Shown: positions 31,516 to 45,602 of the stretch, piece by piece
Layout: each line of letters begins with the position of its first letter
How positions within the stretch are numbered: the stretch's first letter is position 1
Source: the human T2T-CHM13v2.0 reference genome, Homo sapiens
Reading direction: 5' to 3' (one strand)
NCBI RefSeq assembly: GCF_009914755.1
Contig: NC_060936.1
Length of the DNA: 64,000 nucleotides
Translations under genes and position numbers: made by a program
The notes under the pieces: model-generated
Database searches by the model: none
Seen by the model: only the letters and a program-made list of their open reading frames with translations
Told to the model about the DNA's origin: nothing

Positions 31516-33595
31516 AAATGATGTTGAAGAACTGTGCACGTGATATCAGCCCCCCGACAAGTGAGGATCTGATCAAGTGCGACACTTTATAATTGAAGTA
31601 GGGGAAATCGAAAAAGATGAAGACACAACAGGCTTTCAGGAGAGAAAGATTTGACCATTTAATTGATGGAGCCCTGGATTTTTTTTTTTTTTTTCCCAAA
31701 AAGACTCTTCTCAGGATAGCTCTGTGCTACTCAACCTTGTGGTGAAGGATATTTTATTGCATAAAGTTCTGTTGGAAAAATGATGCCAGCAAAGCCAATA
31801 CTTGATTAATAATGAAAAATGTGTTTATAGATAAACTCCATGTGTGCTTAGAGTGAGCTGTGGTTAAATAGCTTCCACGCTTGGCAGCACCCAGGGTGAG
31901 TGTGATGGTGTACGTCAGTTACTCATTGAGCTCATAGTTATTTTATGCACTTACAAATGCAGCCGCTCATCCTGCACTTTTCCAGCTAAATTCCAGCCCA
32001 ACTTCATGACGTACCAAGTCATGACATACCAAGTGGCTTTGGACCAAGTTGTTTAACCGCTCGGTGCTTCTGTTTCTTTTCTGTGAGAGGAGTAAAATGG
32101 TGCGCCTCCCAAGATGGAAGTGAATGCCCAGTGAGAGGAGACACACGAGTCTCTGAAGACTCAGAAGCTCTATGCAAATGGGAGTTTTTTTTCTCTTTAC
32201 TGTTGTGATGTCTCAAAACAAATGCAAACAAATGCAATGCAGAGTGTTTGAAGGAAGCCCATGTTAAGAGCAGACATCTTGGCATGGGAGAGCCGATCTC
32301 CCATCTGATATGTAGAGCCACTGGCATTTTCTGCAGCATATTTTTCTCTTCTGAGTCAGGATGGAAAGAATTTGCCAAAATAATTGCCAGGGGAATGTGC
32401 TGTGGAACCTTTTGTGATCCGCTTATCCCCCAAGTTTATCATAATTCTTAAGAGTGCACTGTGTTTTAGATGCGAAGCAACATTTAGCTTGAAGAAGGCT
32501 CTGCTTTTGTTTATAATTGCTTCCTTAGCCTACTGACAGTTTGGAAGTCTGGCAAAGCAGCCCAAATGTATTATTTTCTTCCAATTCTCTATATTTATTT
32601 AGTGCTGAATGATCCTTTATAGTAAGATCCTAAACTCAAAGCATTTATAGTTTAAAGACAAAGTAGAAGGCAAGAAAAAAGAAAGATAGGAAGATACACT
32701 GCCAAGAGAAGGAAAGCAAAAAGCTTGGTCTGTTCTAGATAATAGGAAGTTATAGGAAATAGGGCTAGATTTACGGATGATCAATAGAAGGGGAATTAGC
32801 ATTGATAGATTAAATATGTTTTATAACACAGCAGGAACTATAGACTGCATAAAAATAAAAGACAGAAAGGAATGGTCCATCTTCAGTGCTTCGTGTGGCC
32901 GGTCTCCTTTCATCTGCCTCACAGTCCTATGTAGTAGGTAATGTTGTCTTCAACTTTACAGAAAGGCTAACAGGCTCAGAGCTGTTAAGCGGCTCCCCTA
33001 AGTCCGTCAGCTAACAAGTGCTGGAGCTGGATTTGAACTCAAATAGTCACAAACTGTTATCTCCACACATTTATTTCTTGGTGAATTTTGAAAAATTGAA
33101 TCAATTGGAATTGGAGCAAGGCATTAACCAGCCTAATGCAGAGAGTAATCATTTTCTTGGGTAAATCTTCAAAGGGAAGGAAATAGCTTGGGAATGATAA
33201 AAAGAAATTATTTTTGAGGAAAGAAGAATCAATGAAATGCTAAGTACAGAAAAGGTTATCTGACTGGAAAAGCATAAGCTCCTGTAGACCACTGGTCCTA
33301 AACTCCAGTGGACATCCCCAGAGTTACTGGTGCCTGACAGTCTGCATTTCTAATAAGTCGCCATGTGGTACTGATGCTACCGGTCTGGAAACCACCCTGG
33401 AGAAAGGGTGTGTGGCCAGTGTGTGAAAGAGGAATTAATCTGGGTAGCAGCATTCCAGGTGCTGGGAGAAGAGTGGAAAATCGGCATTTTTGGCAAGTGT
33501 GGGATATTGAAGCACAGGTTTTAGAGCTGTGCAAAATAAAGCACTGCTGCTAACAGAGGCTTTAGGAGGATGGCGCTGAGGAAGGATGTGAAATT

Positions 33596-34165
<570 letters not shown>

Positions 34166-34259
34166 TTAAAAAATTTTCCTTTGTGTTGCATGTTTTTAAA
34201 ATAATTGAACATATTAAGTAAATTTAAAATTGTTACCTGCATTGTTTCTTGCTGCATAG

Positions 34260-34456
34260 GGTTTCTTAATATTTGGGATTTAAGGACCGGAAAGTACCCT
34301 GTTCATCGTTTTGAGCACGATGCAAGAATACAGGCACTAGCCCTCAGCCAGGACGATGCAACCGTGGCCACAGCTTCTGCTTTTGATGTCGTGATGTTAT
34401 CCCCCAATGAGGAGGGGTACTGGCAGATAGCTGCGGAATTTGAAGTTCCGAAACTG
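34260..34456 (+). CDS. FBXW8: FBXW8 internal coding exon (probably exon 6), 197 nt
   Basis: Acceptor gtttcttgctgcatag| and donor CTG|gtgagc. Encodes (G)FLNIWDLRTGKYPVHRFEHDARIQALALSQDDATVATASAFDVVMLSPNEEGYWQIAAEFEVPKL, in phase with both neighbours. Confidence 0.96.
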
Positions 34457-35460
34457 GTGAGCTTTTTAGTCTGGTCATCTTATTTTCTATTCTTAGAATC
34501 TCTGGGTCTAATATAAGCACGTACTAATGGTGTTGGTAACTCCCATTCACTCAGAGCTTCCTGCGGGCCTTACCTCCATAAGTCTAACTACAGCCTTACA
34601 AAATAGGTAGTAGCATTTTCCCCATTTACCAAGAAGCCACTTCAGGCTGCTTAGAGCAGTGAACTGACTTGCCCCAGTTCTCAGAGGTAAGAAGTTACGA
34701 TTCAAACCTCAGGGCTGACTTCAGGGCCAGAGCTGCTCATCACTGTGGTTCCTTGGCCTTCTTCAGACTAACACGGTGGAATCTCACCCTTGGGAATCAA
34801 AGATCAGTTTGACCTAATATATAAGTGAGAATGAGTTCAGTGGTGTTATCCCAGTCCATCTGGGAAGGAAGGTTTCCATTCCTACACTTTCTTCATCCCA
34901 AGACTGTCTCACCTGAAATTTAAAGTAACTCTTGCGTGAAGATAGATTTAAGTTGGTGTTAATTGGGTAGCCATGTTCCAGGATGTCATGTGTGCAGCTC
35001 AGCCAGCCTTAAGAATTCTTTATGTCGAGCTTATTTCTGAGTTCATTGGTACAGGAACCTCTAGATTTGTAGAGTGGGAGATGATTTGGTGTTAAGAAGG
35101 AAGTGCTCAAATCTGTCTATGCTGAGTTAGGATTTAATTTAAACAAACTTGATTTTGGCACTGGTAGGAGAGTGAGCAGAAAAGCCAACACTGAGTGATG
35201 AATTGAGGGCCTGACCTGGAACCAATCCTGTTCCTCCCTCTTTCTGTCTGTTGGGAATCTTCTTAGACTAGAATAACTTAGAAAGCCATGGCATCACTGC
35301 TTCACCTCCAGGAGCGTCTGCACTTTGAGTATAGTGCTCCCCTAAAATGGCCTGATGCTGTCAGCTCATCTGGGTTTTATTAGAAAAATGTGAAAGTACA
35401 TTTCTGTTCTCAAAACTTCCATAGTACTTACTATTTAGTCTGTGATTAAAGAATACTGTG

Positions 35461-35846
<386 letters not shown>

Positions 35847-36799
35847 TTACAGCCCCCAGCAAATGGCACCACCACTGTCAATCTGAGCCTCTTGGTCTGT
35901 CAGAAAGCCAACACGGAGATAAAGTTAAAGGGCTAGACGGAGGATATCAGTTGTAGGAAAATGAGACATGATTTGGGGGAGTGAGAGGAACCGAGCAGCC
36001 ATTGTTCAAGGCGGGTTTTATGCACGTTTTAGGAATTATTTTTCACTTTGAGTGAAAGGTTCCCACAAAATGCTCTGAGTATCCTTGGAAAAGGCACCCC
36101 TGGCCCGAAGAGCCAAGCCAGTTTTGTCTTGTCCATATACGCCCCTGAATGGCAGTGGCAGTGTTCCCAGGTCTGCGATATTAGCCTAGTGCGGCTGTCC
36201 TTTGTGATGGACCCGCAGCTTGTGGAGCTGGGCCCGAGTATTAGCAGAGTCCCCCGGATGTTGACGCTCCCTCCAGCTCTTCTGGACCATGTTCTGGAGG
36301 CCGGCTTTGAACTCTTTGGCGTATGGTCAGGGCAGCGCTGTCCTTTCACACTGTGGATTTTCATAATTAGTGTGGCTCACCTTCTATGTGTCCTCTCGTG
36401 ATTTACTCGCAGAGGCGAAAGCCTGTTGCGAACGGCACCGCGGAGAAATGGGCCGCCTGTGGATGGACAGAATCAAATTATTCTTGAAAAGTGCGTCTCA
36501 GACTGGTGCACATTAGAGAAAGTGCCGGCGGTGACGCAGTCAGGACTGGGGAGCGGGGTGGGTAGAAACATGCGTGTTTGTAGAGCCTTCCTTACCCTCT
36601 GGTGGCCAAATGGACCCTGATGACGTTGAAACCAGGAGACAGCAGATCACTTGGATATTTTTAACCTTTTGGCCACACATTTTGGCACAAATGTTAAAAT
36701 TTTTTTTGCGAATTTGGAGCTGAATGTTATTTATTCAGTTCATTGTAAACAAACAAACAAACAAAAAACACAACAAAACCAAAAAAACCCCAACCTTTT

Positions 36800-37650
36800 A
36801 TTTTTTGAATTGCTATTACATCCCCATGGTTCAGAATTTAAAAGACACAATAAAGCTGATGGTGGGAAATCTCCCCATCTCATAATCCACTTCCCTCCTT
36901 GAAGGCAGCCATTGTTAGAAGATGTATGGATGTGCGAGTCAAGCGCATTGTGTACTTTCTCCACCCCCACCTTGTACACATGTCAGCAGGTGGGGTTACC
37001 TAACTCATCTTGCATCCTTGCTTTACCCGCTAAGCTTATCTGGGAGAACCATGCCATTTGTTTCGTTTTATAAAGAACGTTTTCATGCTTCCCTCTAGGA
37101 CTGCATGGTATTCCAGCGTATAGATACACTGAGTTATTTAATTAGTCCCTTAGTAATGGGTGTTTCTGTTTTTCTAGTTTTTAGCTAAGACACAATTGTA
37201 CTACAGTTCATGAATAACCTTGTACATAATCATTTTTTATATATGTGAGTTTATTTGTAAGTAACTTCTAGAAGTGGATATCCTGGGTCAGAGTGCATGT
37301 TCATTTGGTATTTTGATAAGAGTAGCCAAAGTTCCCTTGATACAAGTTGGACAAGATTATATCCCCACCAGCAGTAAGTGGGATCCAGAAACATGGAACA
37401 TGGTTTTCCCTCCTTCACTTCCAGCCCAGGGTGTTATCAGATTTCTTGATCTTTACCGATATGAAAGGTGAAGCATCATATTTCAATGAATTTTCATTTT
37501 ATATTTCTCTTTTTAGGTGTGTCTTATGTTTCTCTTATACTGAGCATCTTTTCTGTTGTGTAAGAGCTGTTTGTGTTTCATTTCCTGTGAGTGTTTCATT
37601 TGCCCATCTTTTTCTGTTGGGTTGCTGGTCTTCTCATTGATGTGTAGGTG
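36800..37650 (-). mobile_element. Degraded L1ME-like fragment
   Basis: ttctagaagtggatatcctgggtcagag and tttcatttgcccatctt resemble antisense L1 3' sequence. Confidence 0.55.
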
Positions 37651-37716
37651 GAATTGCATATTTTTGATCAAGTCAGGATGAATTTATGGGACTAAACAAC
37701 TCTTACCTTTTAACAG

Positions 37717-37923
37717 GTTCAGTACCTTGAAATAGTTCCAGAAACCAGAAGGTACCCTGTGGCAGTAGCCGCTGCTGGAGATCTGATGTACCTGCTCAAA
37801 GCCGAAGACTCCGCCAGAACCCTCCTTTACGCCCACGGCCCGCCTGTCACATGTCTAGACGTCTCGGCCAACCAAGTTGCTTTTGGTGTACAGGGTCTGG
37901 GATGGGTGTACGAAGGAAGCAAG
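37717..37923 (+). CDS. FBXW8: FBXW8 internal coding exon (probably exon 7), 207 nt; absent from the ORF track
   Basis: Acceptor tcttaccttttaacag| and donor AAG|gtacac. Hand translation: VQYLEIVPETRRYPVAVAAAGDLMYLLKAEDSARTLLYAHGPPVTCLDVSANQVAFGVQGLGWVYEGSK, phase 0-0. Confidence 0.95.
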
Positions 37924-38859
37924 GTACACAACTAGCAAGATATATAATTAACAAAAAAGAATATAGATTTATTTTTTAGAAGGGAATTGAAAAATTAAAG
38001 CTCTTCAATATTTTTCCAGATATATCAGGCCAGTATATAAGCATGGTCAAAAAATTCAAGAACTTCAAAAGGATTGCAAATGAAAAGTAATCATTTTCTT
38101 TCTCCTCCCTTCCCCCAACTTCCCTGCACAGAAGAAACTATTAACAGTTTTTAGGTATCCATCTAGAAAAATTTAATGCATATATAGGTACATTTGTATA
38201 CTAAAAACATATTGTTGTAGAGATGGGATCATAGTATACATAGTGTTCTGTACCCAACATTTTTACTCCATAATGTGCCTTGGAGAGAGGATTCCATGTC
38301 AGCTTTTACCAAGCTCTCCCTCTCTAGGATTCCAGCATATGCTTCTAGCTCATAGCCTGTTTAGCCAGGCCCCTCACTGGTAGGTGTTTAGCTTGCTTTC
38401 ACTGTGTTGGCTGCTATAAGCAATGCTACAATGCATATTGCAGCTTGCAGAAGTCCTTTTATATATAGTGTATCTCTAGGATGTGTACTTGAGATAATGA
38501 TGGACATTTTCAAATTGCCCTTCTAAAAAGGTGCATCAGAATTCACATTCTTACCAACAGTGCATAAAAGTGCATTCTGATGCTCTTTGAGCCAAAAGCA
38601 GGAAGACAGGTTTTTAATGGAAATTCTTTGAGTGATGACTAAATTTTATCACTCCCTAGCATGTTACTATCCTGACTATAGGCCAAATACTTAGTCTAAA
38701 AGCTGATTTATAGAACTCTCCCTACCAGTGGGACCAAGGGGGAGAGAGAGAAAGTTTTTGTTTCATTTTGGGTTTTTTCCCAATTTCCCTGCTCCTGACC
38801 CATTCTGTCAGTTGGTGGGATTCCTGCGAAGGAACGTGTCTGGGCCAGCAGACCCTGTG

Positions 38860-39015
38860 TGACTGTTAGTAGTTTCCTTAACCCTCTTTATGCCTCAGTT
38901 TCCTCATTTGTAAAATAGAGTTCATAATAGTGCCTGCTTCTTAGAGTTGTAGGATTAAATGAAAAGCCATATGTAAAGCTTGAGGCATGGTGCCTGGCAC
39001 ATGAGAGCTCCCGAC
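38860..39015 (+). mobile_element. MIR
   Basis: gcctcagtttcctcatttgtaaaatagag...ggattaaatga...gtgcctggcacat. Confidence 0.75.
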
Positions 39016-39920
39016 CTGTTAGCTCCTGAACCTCCCGTTATTCCTCCCACCCATAGTTGGATTCCAGCCTCTGGTGGTGCCTATTTTTACATCTTACTTC
39101 CTCCATGTATTTGACCTGTAAGGTCAAATCTCATTTATGTAGGTGTGATTGGCTTTGCAAACTAGTAAATGGTCAAGAATGGAAGCATCTTGGATCCCAG
39201 TGATATATTCTTCATCCAGGAAGATAGACTAAGCGGTAGACGATATGTGTGGCATCCTATCATCTCAATGTGAAACTTTATCATCTCACTGTGAAAAGGC
39301 CTCCCCTTGTGCTGCAAACTTTATCATCTCATTTGTGCTGCAAATTTGGTGTGCAGTTTGGTTGGGGCATCTCCGTTGTGTCCTAGCTGGAAGATGTGTC
39401 ATGATATTACTCCTGAGTTTTGTCTTCCCAGGAAGTGGGGAAGGAGCAGGAATTGTTTCCTAAGGCAGTTTCCTTTCTCATGCTCTAAAAAAACTTTCTT
39501 TTCCCATCCCTGGTGAGCTCATTTGTTGAGAGAGGGGAGACCATTTTGCTTTCTAATTTTTCATCTGGTATGCTTTCAAGTTTGTGTTATCTCATTTATT
39601 TTTAGAGCTCTCAGTATAGAGAGGTGATAGTTATATTCAGTACCAGTCTGGTTTAAATTTTTCATACTTTTTATAAATGTTTTCTCCTTGACTTATCTGA
39701 ATGGATTTATTCCTGTAGTAATACAGTTGTAATGGATACATTTGAGAAACTACTTAAAGGGACAGTTCAGCACAAGGATCCTTCAGATACAGATGTAAGG
39801 CAGTGGGGTTTTTTTGATTCCTCTCAAAATTTCCAACTCAACTAAAAGCATTAACTGTAAGAATCAGCTGATAAACACATTAATTTTGTGAAAAATCCTT
39901 GGTTAAAAATGTATAGTCCC

Positions 39921-40058
39921 TGGCTGGGCACAGTGGCTCACATCTGTAATCCCAGCACTCTGGGAGGCCAAGTCAGGAGGATGGCTTGAGGCTGGGAGTT
40001 TGAGACCAGCCTGGGTAACATAGTGAGACCCTGTCTCTACCACACACACACAAAAAAA
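39921..40058 (+). mobile_element. Alu left monomer (FLAM_C-like)
   Basis: Single Alu arm; TSD gtatagtcc on both sides. Confidence 0.85.
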
Positions 40059-41814
40059 GTATAGTCCTGTAAGCTGGTGTTTTCGCTGGTGTTTTAAAAT
40101 TAGGAGTGGAAATAAATTTGCTGCAAGAATGTTTCTAAATGTCTCTTTGGAAGCTGACAGTAGCATTTAGTCATCCACATATTTTGTGAGCATAGCACCA
40201 ACCCTCCAAACACTCATGTGGGTGAATGGCTGCTTGCTAGTAGTGTTGGTAATAACTTTGTGTTGAGATGTTTCTCCAACAGGAATGCCACCCACTCAAA
40301 AGTAAGAGGAATACCAAGCTTCATCTATGTAACTTTGCTTATTTTTACAGAGACAAGACTTTCCATCTGATTGTGCTTAATGGATTTTCTGCTTCCTCAG
40401 AAAAACTTGAATTTTTAAGAAACGTAATTGTCATATAACAGCTCTGTGTGAATTAAGTCATGTCATGGGTAACTCTGTGAGATTTTAGTATCCTCCTGCT
40501 GTGCTCTAATGTGATGTCATAATTCCCAAATAGTCTCATGTGCGAGGCTTGGTGTCACTTTGCTTGCGAATACCATGCTTGAACATCTCTGTGCTTCAGC
40601 CTGGTGGCAGCGTGTGTCCCAGCACGTTTTATTAGGCTGGTGTGAGACTATTAGCAGTAGAGTTTGCCTGGAGCTATATCCACACTAGGGTTTGTGTCTG
40701 TGCCTCTGGCCTGTATATCTAGGATTCAGATGAAGGTTTTATGAGAACAGAGCATTTGGTTTATATTTGTTTGTACCTGATACAAAACTGGGATTTAGCT
40801 GTAGTCCATTATTGATTAACTGTGATAAAAGCAGACAGTGAGGTCCAAATGTTGAAATTGACTTTTAGTCAGAAACTTAAAGCTCCCTAACCTGTTGAAG
40901 TATTCCAGAGGTGTAATTTTTGTTTAGTTGGAGAATATTCTTACACCGTATGATGCCCACATTAGCATGTTACAGGCACCTCAGCTGCATGAGCATGGAG
41001 TAATAATGGCTCAAATCCACCCATTCCTATATCTGGCTAGCCAACCCATTGTGTATTCATCCCAAATACTGAGCTCCAGTAGTGTTCCTGGCATTGGCAT
41101 GTTAAAACAGCATTACACACAGATTTCAGCAAACTGGTGCTTGTCAAGGAACCTAGCTCTGTTAATAAACATAGTTTTCTAAGGAAACAAAGCCGAGTAA
41201 TTTAGCAAAAGCTTATCTGTCTAATCTTTTTTTTAAAAAAGTCTTTGAATGTAGCTGGCTGATCAGTCACCTCCAGCTCGGGTAGGAAGGGATCAGACAG
41301 TCTGGGCCCTGAAACATCTTGATTTGCTTGTTGGGCAGGGGCTCCCAGACTTGGGTTTCAGACATCAGAGTTAGGGGCCACACCTGGGTTTGCCAGCAGT
41401 GTTATGGGCCACGTAAAGTCATAGAAAAAAATAGCAACTATGTATTTTTGCCCTTTTTTTTTTGAAGATCAGAGTTTTGTTTTTTTTTTAATTCGTTCTA
41501 TTTCAGTAGCTTTAGAGGGGTAGAAATGGTTTTTGGTTACATGGATGAACTGTATAGTGGGGAAGCTTGTGCTTTTAGTGTACCTGTCACCCAAATAGTA
41601 TACATTGTACCCAGTACCCTTCTGAGTCTCTAGGGTCCTCCAATACCACTCTGTGCCTCTGCATACCCATAGCTTAGCTCCCACTTATAAGTGAGAACAT
41701 GCTGTATTTAGTTTTCCATTCTTGAGTTACTTCACTTAGGATAATGGCCTCCAGTTCCACCCAAGTTGCTACAAAGGACATTTCATTCCTTTTTATGGTT
41801 GAGTATTATTCCAT

Positions 41815-41815
<1 letters not shown>

Positions 41816-41855
<40 letters not shown>
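41816..41855. repeat. (TG)n microsatellite, about 20 units
   Basis: Uninterrupted tg run inside the L1. Confidence 0.97.
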
Positions 41856-41857
<2 letters not shown>

Positions 41858-41991
41858 CACATTTTCTGTATCTACTCATTGGTTGATGGCACTTAGGTTG
41901 GTTTCTTATCTTTGCAGTTGTGATTTGTCCTGCAATAAACATATGTGTACAGGTGTCTTTTTTATACAGTGACTTCTTTTCTTTTGGGTAG

Positions 41992-42498
<507 letters not shown>

Positions 42499-43062
42499 TA
42501 AGGTGGTATCTTATTGTGGTTTTAATTTGCATTTCCCTGATGATTAGTGATGTTAAGCATTGTTTCTTACGTTTGTTGGCAATTTGTATATATTCTTTTG
42601 AGAAATATCTGTTCATGTCATTTGCCCACTTTTTAATGGGATTATTTGTTTTGGCTTTTTTTTCTGCTGATTTATTTGAGTTCGTAGTAGATTCTGGATA
42701 TTAGTCCTTTGTTGGATATATAGTTTGCAAATATTTTCTCCCATTCTGTGGGTTGTCTGTTTACTCTGTTGATTATTTCTTTTGCTGTGCAGAAACTTTT
42801 TAGTTTAATTAGGTGTCATTTATTTGTTTTTGTTACATTTGCTTTTGGGATTTTAGACGTAAATTATTTGCCTAGGCCAATGTCCAGAAGAGTCTTTCCT
42901 AAGTTTTCTTCTATAATTTTTATGGTTTCAAGTCTTAGATTTAAGTCTTGGTTAATTTTTATATATGGTGAGAGAAAGGGATCCAGTTTTATTTTTCTAC
43001 ATGTGGTTATCCAATTTTCCCAGCACCATTTATTGAATTGGGTGTCCCGTCCTCAGTGTATC

Positions 43063-43432
43063 TTTAAAAACAATCCTAAAATTAATATGGAACCAAAAAG
43101 AGCCCAAATAGCCAAAGCAACCCTAAGCAAAAGGAACAACTCTAGAGGCATCCCATTACCTGACTTCAAATTATACTACAAGGCTATAGTAATAAAAACA
43201 GCATGGTACTGGTGGTAAAAGTAGATATGTATTGGTACTGGTGTAAAAGTAGATACCGGTACTGGTATAAAAGTAGATGGTACTGGTGTAAAAGTACTGG
43301 TGTAAAAGTAGATATGTAGTGGTACTGGTGTAAAAGTAGATACGCAGACCAATGGAATAGTACTGGTGTGAAAGTATGGTACTGGTGTAAAAGTAAATAC
43401 ATAGACCAATGGAACAGAAAAGAGAACACAGA
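43063..43432 (+). mobile_element. Inverted L1 ORF2 segment
   Basis: Sense ORF2 translates ...[38 protein letters not shown]; opposite orientation to the adjoining L1. Confidence 0.88.
43205..43415 (+). repeat. Irregular array of 8 copies of ggtactggtgtaaaagta...
   Basis: gtactggt starts at 43206, 43235, 43259, 43280, 43294, 43322, 43360 and 43379. Confidence 0.93.
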
Positions 43433-45602
43433 TTTTTAAACATCTAAATGTATTTTTTGACTGGGTAATGCATTCACCTAATTCAGGAATCAAAAGATAG
43501 GAAGGAAGGGTATGTGGTGGGAGGACTCCTTCCCACTCCCTCCAACCTGCCACCCAGTTTCTCTATCTGGAGCCAAACCAATGTTGCCAGTTTTTTGTGC
43601 ATTCTTCCTAAGATAGTTTATGCACTTATAATCAAATTACCATATGTGGTCTCAACCCCACTTTAAACAATGAGAATAGTAAAGTGCTACATTTTTGTCT
43701 GCAGCTTGCTTTTTCCTGCAGCAGAATCACTTGGAGATCATTTCTATGACATAACAAAGAACTTTTTCATGTTTTGGTTTTGATTTTTGCAACTTTATAA
43801 TATTACACTTTGTGGATGTGCTTTAATTAATTTGCTGGCTCCCTACGGATGGATGCTAGATTGCTCCTGGTGTTTTGCTATTGTAAACAACACTTGGTCC
43901 ACATGAATGTATTTGTAGGATCATTTCCTCCAAGTAGACTTGCTGGGTCAAAGGGACATGTGCCTCCATGATTTTGATAGACATTGCCCTCCACAGAAGT
44001 TGTACCTTGGGCAGTGGTGGATGGCAGGGCATCCCCTTCCCCTAGTGGTTCTTGGACGGCTTTTCTCTGATAGGCTTTACAGAAAGATCACAAGATGAGG
44101 CCAGCGGGGATATACAGAGATCTGACTGGTCCTGCCCTTCATTTAAATTATTTTTCAGCTCTCTGCTTTTAGAGTGAATGACTAGAACACATGACTTCAT
44201 CTAGAATCAGTGTAGCATGACTGACAGCCCTATCCGGCCAGTGTCGTGGTGGCAAGAAAGATCGGCAGCGTACGCGGACATGCTCCCCTTCTGGGCTTAT
44301 CTGGGACCCATTTGAGGAAGAGCCCACAATTCTTTTAATCTGACCTGCCTCTTCTCTTCTGTAAAATGAGGAGGGTTGAACACATGACCTTTGGGCTCCT
44401 GTCCCAAACCCTGGATTCTTTAAGCCATGTAGGTGGTTTAAACCTTTTGGCTGTGGAGTTGTGTTGAGCCAGTCCACTGGAGGATGCTGAGTTGCTGAGG
44501 GCTTCTGAAATGGGCCGAGGAATCCATTATTCTATCACTTCTTCTCTAAGTGTCGCCCAAGAGTTCCTAACAGCTGTGCCTATTGCTGGCAGAAAGTATT
44601 GGGCAGGAAATGTTTGGTATTTTTTTCCTCAGTTCCTACGTCTTGCCTTGTAAGCTGTATGTAGGAAGAAGGGCTGCTTGATGGTTTTTTACTTTTGGAC
44701 AAAAATGAATTCTTAAATTAAATTGGATTCTTAGGTTCTGATGTTGCATTCTTGGGTTCTCAGACTTCAGTGACATACAGGACCTCACAGGTAGTCACTG
44801 CTAAGTGGTATATGATTGTAAAAGAAAACAAAGGTAAAAGTAATTCCTCTGGCCTCATCTCTTGTCATGCTGTGGTGCAAAAGTCAGTGTGAACGCTGTT
44901 AATGTAGCCTTCGTGCCCAAGCAGCCCTTTAAAATCTGCTTTTATGTCTCATAGTTCCTGAAATCTATCAAAAATACTTTCATCCATGGACACATATTTA
45001 TGATACCATATAATCTTTATTAATTCTTTTGCTGCCTGAATTAAATTCTGCTCTCAGAGGTGGAGGGTTAGAAGACCGAATTGCCTTGTTTAAGAGCATT
45101 AGGTTGATGACGAGCCCCAGGCCTCATAAAGGAAGAGAGAGATCCACTTAGGGCTCTTAGCATCATTCTATGTATTTGGACATATTTCCTAATTTAGGTC
45201 TGAAGTACTTGGCATTTGATGGCAGATTGTATTAAGCGGCACACGGCGTGCATCCTAATCAGGGAGCTGTGAGTGAAGTAATCCAGGAGGCTGGAATGCG
45301 TGTGACAAGGACGCTTGCTTGGCGCTGCTGCCTCAGCTTACATCACGCTGGAAAATCATTGCTAACGTCTCTTATGATAATTATTCCCCATACACGGACG
45401 TGAAGAGACTCTGGATTGGTTGCTCACACTCATCACGAGTTGAAATATCTGTCTGGGAGAGCCTTTGGAATCAGAAATGCAGTGCGCATAGATTGTGGCC
45501 ACATTCTCCCATACCTCCACCCGAACAGGAAATCCATCTTTCCTTTTGTTCCATATTCTAGTCCAGAGAACAAAAAAAAAAACTTGGTATTTTACAAGCA
45601 GG

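Noticed and set aside
31518-31572. atgatg...ctga as a possible C/D snoRNA
   Set aside because: Imperfect C box, too short, no terminal stem.
37700-37716. ccttttaac resembling a U12 branch point
   Set aside because: The intron's donor is gtgagc (U2 type), not gtatcct.
43205-43415. CRISPR-like repeat/spacer appearance
   Set aside because: Eukaryotic intron; the inter-repeat sequences are continuations of L1 ORF2, not unique spacers, and there are no cas genes.
43171-43553. Minus-strand ORFs with FTPVP/LLHQY peptide repeats
   Set aside because: Translation artefacts of the L1-derived repeat array.
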